A stretch of DNA of 64,000 bases. Source: the human T2T-CHM13v2.0 reference genome, Homo sapiens. The position numbers were made by a program, and so were the translations under genes. Each line of letters begins with the position of its first letter. Positions within the stretch are counted from its first letter, which is position 1. Of this stretch, positions 48,101-61,100 are shown piece after piece. The stretch is from the NCBI RefSeq assembly GCF_009914755.1, contig NC_060948.1; one strand, given 5' to 3'. The notes below the pieces were generated by a model that made no database searches, had not been told where the DNA came from, and saw only the letters and a list, made by a program, of their open reading frames with translations.

Positions 48101-51100
48101 TTCAATTCGAGACCATTCTATTCCTGTCCATTCCCTGTGACTCGATTCCATTTCACTCTAGTCCATTCCATTCCATTCAATTCCATTCGACTCTATTCCG
48201 TTCCATTCAATTCCATTCCATTCGATTCCATTCTTTTCCAGAACCTTCGATTACACTCCCTTGCATTCCAGTACATTCCATTCCAGTCTCTGCAGTTCGA
48301 TTCCATTCCATTCGTTTCGATTCCATTCCATTCCAGCCCATTCCATTCCATTCCATTCCTTTCCTTTCCGTTTCATTAGATTCCATTGCATTCAATTCCA
48401 TTCAATTCAATTCCGTGCTATTCAATTTGATTCCATTCCATTTAATTCCATTCCATTAGATTCCATTCCGTTCGATTCCATTCCTTTCGAATCCATTCCA
48501 TTGGAGTCCATTCACTTCCAGAACATTCCATTCCAGTCGAATCCATTCGAGTACATTCCATTAAAGTTCATTACATTCTAATACATTCTATTCCATTGCA
48601 TTCCATTCCATTCCATTCGATGCCATTCGATTCCATTCCATGCCAAATCATTCCATTCCTTTCCATTCCGTTGCTATCAATTCCATTCCGTTCCATTTAG
48701 TTCGATTCTATTCACTTCCTTTCCATTCGATTCCATTCCATTGGAGTCAATTCCTTTCGACACCCAGCCTTTCCAGTCAATGATTTTGGAGTCCGTTTTT
48801 TTGCATTCCATTACATTCTATGACATTCGATTCCGTTTCATTGCATTCCATTCCATACATTTTTATTCCATTCGAGACCGTAGCATTCCAGTTTATACCA
48901 TGCCAGTCCATTACACTACATTCCCTTCCATTCCAATCCATTCCTTTCTTATCCATTGCATTCCATTCTATTCTCTTCTATTCCATACAATTTCACTCCA
49001 TTCGTTCCCATTCCACTCAATTCCATTCCATTCAATTCCATTCCATTTGTTTCCATTCTATTGGATTGCATTAGATTCGAGTTCATTCCATTCCAGACCA
49101 TTCCATTTGACTCCATTCCTTTCGAGCCCTTTCAATTTGAGTCCATTCCTTTCCAGTCCATTTCACTCCAGTCCATTACTATCCATTCCATACCATTCCA
49201 TCCCATTCCATCCCATTCCATTCCATTCTATTCCATTCCATTCCATTCCACTCCATTGCATTCCATTCCATTCCATTCCATTGCACTGCATTCCATTCCA
49301 TTACATTCTATTCCATTTGAGTCGATTTTATTGCATTAGAATCTATTCCATTGGATTAATTTCCATTCGATTACATTCCATTCATGTACATTCCATTCCA
49401 GTCAATTACATTCGACTTTGTTACATTGCATTCCAGTATATTCCATTCTATTCGATCCCATTCCTTTCCATTCCATTTTATTCCATTCCTTCTTATTCCA
49501 TTCGGTTTCATTCGATTTGATTCCATTCTGTTCTATTCCATTCTATTCTTTTTCATTCCATTCGAATCCTTTCTATTGCAGTCCATTCCATTCGAGTCCA
49601 TTCCAATCCCTTCCATTCCATTCCATTACAGTCCATTCCAATAGATTCTATTCCTTTGCCTTCCATTCGACTCCATTCCATTCTAGTCCATTCCATTTGA
49701 GTCAATTCCATTCTATTCCATTCTATTCCTTTCCAATCCATTCGATTCCATTTGATTCAATTCCATTTGATTCTCTTTCATTCTATTTTATTCCATGCCA
49801 TTTGATTGCATTGCATTCCATTCTTTTGATTCCAGTCCATTCAAGAAATTTCCATTCCAGTCCATTGCTTTCGAGTCCATTCCATTCCACTCTAGTCTAT
49901 TCCACTGCATTCCTTTCCATTCCATTCCATACTATTCCATTCCATTCCTTTGCATTCCGTTTCCAATCTATTCGAGTCCATTGCATTCCAGTCCAATCCA
50001 TTCGATTACATTCCTTTTGATTCCCTGCCAGTCGATTGCATTGCATACTAGACCATTCCAAAGGAGTCCATTACATTCCATTTCAACACTTTCCATTCTA
50101 ATCTGTTCGAGTCCATTCCATTCCAGTCCATTTAATTCAAGGGCATTCCATTCCATTCCATTCCATTTCATATTATTCCATTCTATTCAATTCCATTCCA
50201 GATGATTCCATTCCATTCTATACCATTGCTCTCTGTTCCATTCCATTCCATCTGTCTCCATTCCTTTCGTTTCCATTCCTTTCCATTCCATTCCATTACA
50301 TTTCATCCTATTTTATTAAATTGCATTCTATTCGAGTGATTTCCATTCGAGTCCTTTCCATTCGATTCCATTCCATTCTATTCCATTCCTTTGGATTCCA
50401 TTCCATTCCGTTCCGTTCACATCAATTCCTTGCGATTCCATTACATTCGATTTCTTGCCATTCGATTCCATTCCTTTTGACTCTATTTCATTCTATTCCA
50501 TTCCATTCCATTAATTTCCATTCCATTCGAGACCTTTCCATTGCAGTCTTTTCACTTCGAGTCCATTCCGTTCGATTCCATTCCATTCGATTCCATTCCA
50601 TTGGAGTCCGTACCGGTCGAGTCCATTCTATTCCAGTCCATTAGTTTCGACTCCATTGCATTCGAGTGCATTCCATTCCGTGGCTGTCCATTCCATTCCG
50701 TTTGATGCCATTCCATACGATTCCATTCAATTCGAGACCATTCTATTCCTGTCCATTCCCTGTGACTCGATTCCATTTCACTCTAGTCCATTCCATTCCA
50801 TTCAATTCCATTCGACTCTATTCCGTTCCATTCAATTCCATTCCATTCGATTCCATTCTTTTCCAGAACCTTCGATTACACTCCCTTGCATTCCAGTACA
50901 TTCCATTCCAGTCTCTGCAGTTCGATTCCATTCCATTCGTTTCGATTCCATTCCATTCCAGCCCATTCCATTCCATTCCATTCCTTTCCTTTCCGTTTCA
51001 TTAGATTCCATTGCATTCAATTCCATTCAATTCAATTCCGTGCTATTCAATTTGATTCCATTCCATTTAATTCCATTCCATTAGATTCCATTCCGTTCGA

Positions 51101-52100
51101 TTCCATTCCTTTCGAATCCATTCCATTGGAGTCCATTCACTTCCAGAACATTCCATTCCAGTCGAATCCATTCGAGTACATTCCATTAAAGTTCATTACA
51201 TTCTAATACATTCTATTCCATTGCATTCCATTCCATTCCATTCGATGCCATTCGATTCCATTCCATGCCAAATCATTCCATTCCTTTCCATTCCGTTGCT
51301 ATCAATTCCATTCCGTTCCATTTAGTTCGATTCTATTCACTTCCTTTCCATTCGATTCCATTCCATTGGAGTCAATTCCTTTCGACACCCAGCCTTTCCA
51401 GTCAATGATTTTGGAGTCCGTTTTTTTGCATTCCATTACATTCTATGACATTCGATTCCGTTTCATTGCATTCCATTCCATACATTTTTATTCCATTCGA
51501 GACCGTAGCATTCCAGTTTATACCATGCCAGTCCATTACACTACATTCCCTTCCATTCCAATCCATTCCTTTCTTATCCATTGCATTCCATTCTATTCTC
51601 TTCTATTCCATACAATTTCACTCCATTCGTTCCCATTCCACTCAATTCCATTCCATTCAATTCCATTCCATTTGTTTCCATTCTATTGGATTGCATTAGA
51701 TTCGAGTTCATTCCATTCCAGACCATTCCATTTGACTCCATTCCTTTCGAGCCCTTTCAATTTGAGTCCATTCCTTTCCAGTCCATTTCACTTCAGTCCA
51801 TTACAATCCATTACATACCATTCCATCCCATTGCATCCCATTCCATTCCATTCTATTCCATTCCATTCCATTCCACTCCATTGCATTCCATTCCATTCCA
51901 TTCCATTGCACTGCATTCCATTCCATTACATTCTATTCCATTTGAGTCGATTTTATTGCATTAGATTCTATTCCATTGGATTACTTTCCACTCGATTACA
52001 TTCCATTCATGTACATTCCATTCCAGTCAATTACATTCGACTTTGTTACATTGCACTCCAGTATATTCCATTCTATTCGATCCCATTCCTTTCCATTCCA
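45184..52100 (-). repeat. 2625-bp DYZ1 deletion-variant unit, tandemly amplified (3 deletion junctions)
   Basis: Exact 2625-bp spacing of landmarks (45302/47927/50552; 46116/48741/51366). The sequence appears identical at this period from ~45184 to ~51792. Confidence 0.92.
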
Positions 52101-55100
52101 TTTCATTCCATTCCTTCTTATTCCATTCCGTTTCATTCGATTTGATTCCATTCTGTTCTATTCCATTCAATTCTTTTTCATTCCATTCGAATCTTTCTAT
52201 TGCAGTACATTCAATTCGAGTCCATTCCAATCCCTTCCATTCCATTCCATTACAGTCCATTCCAATAGATTCTATTCTTTTGCCTTCCATTCGAATCCAT
52301 TCCATTCTAGTCCATTCCATTTGAGTCAATTCCATTCCATTCCATTCTATTCCTTTCCAATCCATTCGATTCCATTCGATTCAATTCCATTTGATTCTCT
52401 TTCATTCTATTTTATTCCATGCCATTTGATTGCATTGCATTCCATTCCGTTTGATTCCAGTCCATTCAAGAAAGTTCCATTCCAGTCCATTGCTTTCGTG
52501 TCCATTCCATTCCACTCTAGTCTATTCCACTGCATTCCTTTCCATTCCATTCCATACTATTCCATTCCATTCCTTTGCATTCCGTTTGCAATCTATTCGA
52601 GTCCATTGCATTCCAGTCCAATCCATTCGATTACATTCCTTTTGATTCCCTGCCAGTCGATGCATTGCATATTAGACCATTCCAAAGGAGTCCATTCCAT
52701 TCTATTTCAACACTTTCCATTCCAGTCTGTTCGAGTCCATTCCATTCCAGTCCATTTAATTCAAGGGCATTCCATTCCATTCCATTCCATATCATATTAT
52801 TCCATTCCATTCAATTCCATTCCAGATGATTCCATTCCATTCTATACCATTGCTCTCTGTTCCATTCCATTCCATCTGTCTCCATTCCTTTCGTTTCGAT
52901 TCCTTTCCATTCCATTCCATTACATTTCATCCTATTTTATTAAATTGCATTCTATTCGAGTGATTTCCATTCGAGTCCTTTCCATTCGATTCAATTCCAT
53001 TCTATACCATTCCTTTGGATTCCATTCCATTCCGTTCCGTTCACATCCATTCCTTGCGATTCCATTACATTCGATTTCTTGCCATTCGATTCCATTCCTT
53101 TTGACTCCATTTCATTCGATTCCATTCCATTCCATTAATTTCCATTCCATTCGAAACCTTTCCATTGCAGTCTTTTCACTTCGAGTCCATTCCGTTCGAT
53201 TCCATTTCATTCGATTCCATTCCTTTGGAGTGCGTACCAGTCGAGTCCATTCTATTCCACTCCATTAGTTTCGACTCCATTGCATTCGAGTGCATTCAAT
53301 TCCTTGGCTGTCCATTCCATTCCGTTTGATGCCATTCCATAGGATTCCATTCAATTCGAGACCATTCTATTCCTGTCCATTCCTTGTGATTCGATTCCAT
53401 TTCACTCTAGTCCATTCTATTCCATTCAATTCCATTCGACTCTATTCCGTTCCATTCAATTAAATTCCATTCGATTCCATTTGTTTCGAGAACCTTCCAT
53501 TACACTCCCTTCCATTCCAGTGCATTCCATTCCAGTCTCTTCAGTTCGATTCCATTCCATTCGTTTCGATTCCTTTCCATTCCAGCCCATTCCATTCCAT
53601 TCCATTCCTTTCCTTTCCGTTTCATTAGATTCCATTGCGTTCGATTCCATTCAATTCAATTCCGTGCTATTCAGTTTGATTCCTTTCCATTTAATTCCAT
53701 TCCATTAGATAACATTCCGTTCGATTCCATTCCTTTCGAATCCATTCCATTGGAGTCCATTCACTTCCAGAACATTCCATTCCAGTCGAATCCATTCGAG
53801 TACATTCCATTAAAGTTCATTACATTCTAATACATTCCATTCCATTGCATTCCATTCCATTCCATTCGATGCCATTCGATTCCATTCCATGCCAAATCAT
53901 TCCATTCCTTTCCATTCCGTTCCGGTCAATTGCATTCCATTCAATTTAGTTCGATTCTATTCACTTCCATTCCATTCGATTCCATTCCATTGGAGTCAAT
54001 TCCTTTCGACACACAGTCTTTCCAGTCAATGACTTTGGAGTCCATTTTTTTGCATTCCATTACATTCTATGACATTCGATTCCGTTTCATTGCATTCCAT
54101 TCCATACATTTTTATTCCATTCGAGACCGTAGCATTCCAGTTTATTCCAGGCCTGTCCATTACACTACATTCCCTTCCATTCCAATGAATTCCATTCCAT
54201 TCTAATCCATTCCTTTCCTTTCGCTTGCATTCCATTCTATTCTCTTCTATTCCATACAATTTCACTCCATTCGTTCCCATTCCATTCAATTCCATTCCAT
54301 TCAATTCCATTCCATTTCTTTCCATTCTCTTCGATTCCATTTCTTTATATTCCATGCCATTCGATTCCATTCCATTGGATTGCATTACATTCGAGTTCAT
54401 TCCATTCCAGACCATTCCATTTGACTCCATTCCTTTCGAGCCCTTTCAATTTGAGTCCATTGCTTTCCAGTCCATTTCACTCCAGTCCATTCCTATCCAT
54501 TCCATACCATTCCATCCCATTCCATTCCATTCCATTCCACTCCATTGCATTCCATTCCATTCCATTCCATTGCACTGCATTCCATTCCATTACATTCTAT
54601 TCCATTTGAGTCGATTTTATTGCATTAGATTCTATTCCATTGGATTACTTTCCATTCGATTACATTCCATTCATGTACATTCCATTCCAGTCAATTACAT
54701 TCGACTTCATTACATTACATGCTAGTATATTCCATTCTATTCGATCCCATTCCTTTCAATTCCATTTCATTCGACTCCATTATATTCAATTCCATTCCAC
54801 TCGAATCCATTCCATTAGAGGACATTTCATTCCAATACATTCCATTCCATTCCATAACATTCCATTGCATTCGATTCCATTCCATTTGATGCCATTCCAT
54901 GACTTTCCATTCCATTCGAGTCCATTGCATTCCAATTCATTCCATTCCGTTTCATAAAGTTCGAATCCTTTCCATTCCATTGCATTCCAATCCGTTCCAA
55001 TCCAATCTATTCCATTCAATTCCTTTCCATTCCATTTGATTATATTCCATTGATTTGATTCCATTCAGTTTGATTCCATTCCGTGAAATTTCGTTCCATT

Positions 55101-58100
55101 CTATTCCATTGCATTACTTTCCATTCAATTCCATTCCATTTCATTTCAGTCCATTCGCTTCCTTTCCTTTCGATTCAATTCTATTTGATTCCACTCCATT
55201 CTATGACATTTCATTCCAATCGATACAATTCCATTCGATGATATTCCTTTCGTTTCCATTCTATTCGAGTCCATTCAATTTGAGCATTCGTGTCCATTCT
55301 ATTCGAGTCCATTCCATTACAGTCTATTCTATTCCCTTCCATTCCTGTTGATTCAATTTCATTCCCTTCCATTTGATTCCTTTGCATTCGATTCCATTCC
55401 GTTCCATTCCATTCCATTCGTTCCCATTCCATGTGATTCCATTCCATTCCAGTCCATTATATTCGAGTCCACTCCACTCCATTCTATTACATTCCATTCC
55501 TTTTGAGTCCGTTCCATAACACTCCATTCATTTCGATTCCATTTATTGCCAGTTTGCTTCCATCTTATTCCATTCCGTTCGTTTCCATTCCATTCGATTG
55601 CATTCCATTCGATTGCATTCCATTCGAATCCTTTCCATTCCATTTCATTCCATTCCTTTCTATTCCATTCCATTTCATTCGATTTGATTCCATTCTGTTC
55701 TATTCCATTCAATTATTTTTCATTCCATTCGAATCCTTTCTATTGCAGTCCATTCCATTCGAGTCCATTCCAATCCCTTCCATTCCATTCCATTACAGTC
55801 CATTCCAATAGATTCTATTCCTTTGCCTTCCATTCGACTCCCTTCTATTCTAGTCCATTCCATTTGTGTCAATTCCATTCCATTCCATTCTATTCCTTTC
55901 CAATCCATTCGATTCCATTCGACTCAATTCCATTCGATTCTCTTTCATTCTATTTTATTCCATGCCATTTGATTGCATTGCATTCCATTCCGTTTGATTC
56001 CAGTCCATTCAAGAAAGTTCCATTCCAGTCCATTGCTTTCGAGTCCATTCCATTCCACTCTAGTCTATTCCACTCCATTTCTTTCCATTCCATTCCATAC
56101 TATTCCATTCCATTCCTTTGCATTCCGTTTCTAATCTATTCGAGTCGATTGCATTCCAGTCCAATCCATTCGATTACATTCCTTTTGATTCCCTGCCAGT
56201 CGATTGCATTGCATATTAGACCATTCCAAAGGAGTCCATTCCATTCTATTTCAACACTTTCCATTCCACTCTGTTCGAGTCCATTCCATTCCAGTCCATT
56301 TAATTCAAGGGCATTCCATTCCATTCCATTCCATATCATATTATTCCATTCCATTCAATTCCATTCCAGATGATTCCATTCCATTCTATACCATTGCTCT
56401 CTGTTCCATTCCATTCCATCTGTCTCCATTCCTTTCGTTTCGATTCCTTTCCATTCCATTCCATTACATTTGATCCTATTTTACTAAATTGCATTCTATT
56501 CGAGTGATTTCCATTCGAGTCCTTTCCATTCGATTCCATTCCATTCTATACCATTCCTTTGGATTCCATTCCATTCCGTTCCGTTCACATCCATTCCTTG
56601 CGAATCCATTACATTCGATTTCTTGCCATTCGATTCCATTCCTTTTGACTCCATTTCATTCGATTCCATTCCATTCCATTAATTTCCATTCCATTCGAAA
56701 CCTTTCCATTGCAGTCTTTTCACTCCGAGTCCATTCCGTTCGATTCCATTCCATTCGATTCCATTCCATTGGAGTGCGTACCAGTCGAGTCCATTCTATT
56801 CCACTCCATTAGTTTCGACTCCATTGCATTCGAGTGCATTCCATTCCTTGGCTGTCCATTCCATTCCGTTTGATGCCATTCCATACGATTCCATTCAATT
56901 CGAGACCATTCTATTCCTGTCCATTCCTTGTGATTCGATTCCATTTCACTCTAATCCATTCCATTCCATTCAATTCCATTCGACTCTATTCCGTTCCATT
57001 CAATTAAATTCCATTCGATTCCATTTGTTTCGAGAACCTTCCATTACACTCCCTTCCATTCCAGTGCATTCCATTCCAGTCTCTTCAGTTCGATTCCATT
57101 CCATTCGTTTCGATTCCATTCCATTCCAGCCCATTCCATTCCATTCCATTCCTTTCCTTTCCGTTTCATTAGATTCCACTGCGTTCGATTCCATTCAATT
57201 CAATTCTGTGCTATTCAGTTTGATTCCTTTCCATTTAATTCCATTCCATTAGATAACATTCCGTTCGATTCCATTCCTTTCGAATCCATTCCATTGGAGT
57301 CCATTCACTTCCAGAACATTCCATTCCAGTCGAATCCATTCGAGTACATTCCATTAAAGTTCATTACATTCTAATACATTCCATTCCATTGCATTCCATT
57401 CCATTCCATTCGATGCCATTCGATTCCATTCCATGCCAAATCATTGCATTCCTTTCCATTCCGTTCCTGTCAATTGCATTCCATTCGATTTAGTTCGATT
57501 CTATTCACTTCCATTCCATTCGATTCCATTCCATTGGAGTCAATTCCTTTCGACACACAGTCTTTCCAGTCAATGACTTTGGAGCCCATTTTTTTGCATT
57601 CCATTACATTCTATGACATTCGATTCCGTTTCATTGCATTCCATTCCATAAATTTTTATTCCATTCGAGACCGTAGCATTCCAGTTTATTCCAGCCCTGT
57701 CCATTACAATACATTCCCTTCCATTCCAATGAATTCCATTCCATTCTAATCCATTCCTTTCCTTTCGCTTGCATTCCATTCTATTCTCTTCTATTCCATA
57801 CAATTTCACTCCATTCGTTCCCATTCCATTCAAATCCATTCCATTCAATTCCATTCCATTTCTTTCCATTCTCTTCGATTCCATTTCTTTATATTCCATG
57901 CCATTCGATTCCATTCCATTGGATTGCATTACATTCGAGTTCATTCCATTCCAGACCATTCCATTTGACTCCATTCCTTTCGAGCCCTTTCAATTTGAGT
58001 CCATTCCTTTCCAGTCCATTTCACTCCAGTCCATTCCTATCCATTCCATACCATTCCATCCCATTCCATTCCATTCCATTCCACTCCATTGCATTCCATT

Positions 58101-61100
58101 CCATTCCATTCCATTGCACTGCATTCCATTCCATTACATTCTATTCCATTTGAGTCGATTTTATTGCATTAGATTCTATTCCATTGGATTACTTTCCATT
58201 CGATTACATTCCATTCATGTACATTCCATTCCAGTCAATTACATACGACTTCATTACATTACATGCTAGTATATTCCATTCTATTCGATCCCATTCCTTT
58301 CAATTCCATTTCATTCGACTCCATTATATTCAATTCCATTCCACTCGAATCCATTCCATTAGAGGACATTTCATTCCAATACATTCCATTCCATTCCATA
58401 ACATTCCATTGCATTCGATTCCATTCCATTTGATGCCATTCCATGACATTCCATTCCATTCGAGTCCATTCCATTCCAATTCATTCCATTCCGTTTCATG
58501 AAATTCGAGTCCTTTCCATTCCATTGCATTCCAATCCCTTCCAATCCAATCTATTCCATTCAATTCCTTTCCATTCCATTTGATTATATTCCATTGATTT
58601 GATTCCATTCTGTTTGATTCCATTCCGAGAAATTTCGTTCCATTCTATTCCATTGCATTACTTTCCATTCAATTCCATTCCATTCCATTTCAGTCCATTC
58701 GCTTCCTTTCCTTTCGATTCAATTCCATTTGATTCCACTCCATTCTATACCATTTAATTCCAATCGATTCAATTCCATTCGATGGCATTCCTTTCGTTTC
58801 CATTCTATTCGAGTCCATTCAATTTGAGCCTTCGTGTCCATTCTATTCGAGTCCATTCCATTACAGTCTATTCTATTCCCTTCCGTTCCCGTTGATTCAA
58901 TTTCATTCCCTTCCATTCGATTCCTTTCCTTTCGATTCCATTCCTTTCCATTCCATTACATTCGTTCCCATTCCACGTGATTCCATTCCATTCCAGTCCA
59001 TTATATTCGAGTCCACTCCACTCCATTCTGTTACTTTCAATTCCTTTTGAGTCCGTTCCATAACACTCCATTCATTTCGATTCCATTTCCTGCCAGTTTT
59101 CTTCCATTTTATTCCATTCCGTTCGATTCCATTCCATTCGATTGCATTCCATTCGATTACATTCCATTCGAATCCTTTCCATTCCATTTCATTCCATTCC
59201 TTTCTATTCCATTCCATTTCATTCGATTTGATTCCATTCTGTTCTATTCCATTCAATTCTTTTTCATTCCATTCGAATCCTTTCTATTGCAGTCCATTCC
59301 ATTCGAGTCCATTCCAATCCCTTCCTTTCCATTCCATTACAGTCCATTCCAATAGATTCTATTCCTTTGCCTTCCATTCGACTCCATTCCATTCTAGTCC
59401 ATTCCATTTGAGTCAATTCCATTCCATTCCATTCTATTCCTTTCGAATCCATTCGATTCCATTCGATTCAATTCCATTTGATTCTCTTTCATTCTATTTT
59501 ATTCCATGCCATTTGATTGCATTGCATTCCATTCCGTTTGATTCCAGTCCATTCAAGAAAGTTCCATTCCAGTCCATTGCTTTCGAGACCATTCCATTCC
59601 ACTCTAGTCTATTCCACTCCATTCCTTTCCATTCCATTCCATACTTTTCCATTCCATTCCTTTGCATTCCGTTTCCAATCTATTCGAGTCCATTGCATTC
59701 CAGTCCAATCCATTCGATTACATTCCTTTTGATTCCCTGCCAGTCGATTGCATTGCATACTAGACCATTCCAAAGGAGTCCATTCCATTCTATTTCAACA
59801 CTTTCCATTCCACTCTGTTCGAGTCCATTCCATTCCAGTCCATTTAATTTAAGGGCATTCCATTCCATTCCATTCCATTTCATATTATTCCATTCCATTC
59901 AATTCCATTCCAGATGATTCCATTCCATTCTATGCCATTGCTCTCTGTTCCATTCCATTACATCTGTCTCCATTCCTTTCGTTTCGATTCCTTTCCATTC
60001 CATTCCATTACATTTGATCCTATTTTATTAAATTTCATTCTATTCGAGTGATTTCCTTTCGAGTCCTTTCCATTCGATTCCATTCCATTCTATTCCATTC
60101 CTTTGGATTCCATTCCATTCCGTTCCGTTCACATCCATTCCTTGCGATTCCATTACATTGGATTTCTTGCCGTTCGATTCCATTCCTTTTGACTCCATTT
60201 CATTCGATTCTATTCCATTCCATTAATTTCCATTCCATTCGAGACCTTTCCATTGCAGTCTTTTCACTTCGAGTCCATTCCGTTCGATACCATTCCATTC
60301 GATTCCATTCCATTGGAGTCCATACCAGTCGAGTCCATTCTATTCCAGTCCATTAGTTTCCACTCCATTGCATTCGAGTGCATTCCATTCCGTGGCTGTT
60401 GATTCCATTCCGTTTGATGCCATTCCATACGATTCCATTCAATTCGAGACCATTCTATTCCTGTCCATTCCTTGCGGTTCGATTCCATTTCACTCTAGTC
60501 CATTCCATTCCATTCAATTCCATTCGACTCTATTCCGTTCCATTCAATTCCATTCCATTCGATTCCATTTTTGTCGAGATCCTTCCATTACACTCCCTTC
60601 CATTCCAGTGCATTCCATTCCAGTCTCTTCAGTTCGATTCCATTCCATTCGTTTAGATTCCTTTCCATTCCAGCCCATTCCATTCCATTCCATTCCTTTC
60701 CTTTCCGTTTCATTAGATTCCATTGCATTCCATTCCATTCAATTCAATTCCGTGCTATTCAATTTGATTCACTTCCATTTAATTCCATTCCATTAGATTC
60801 CATTCCGTACGATTCCATTCCTTTTGAATCCATTCCATTGGAGTCCATTCACTTCCAGAACATTCCATTCCAGTCGAATCCATTCGAGTACATTCCATTA
60901 AAGTTCATTACATTCTAATACATTCCATTCCATTGCATTCCATTCCATTCCATTCGATGCCATTCGATTCCATTCCATGCCAAATCATTGCATTCCTTTC
61001 CATTCCGTTCCTATCAATTCCATTCCATTCGATTTAGTTCGATTCTATTCACTTCCATTCCATTCGATTCCATTCCATTGGAGTCAATTCCTTTCGACAC

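Noticed and set aside
44129-53268. Long 421-aa and 430-aa ORFs (44129-45394, 51976-53268)
   Set aside because: Same pentamer-derived low-complexity peptide; the length results from chance 1-bp indels linking stop-poor frames.
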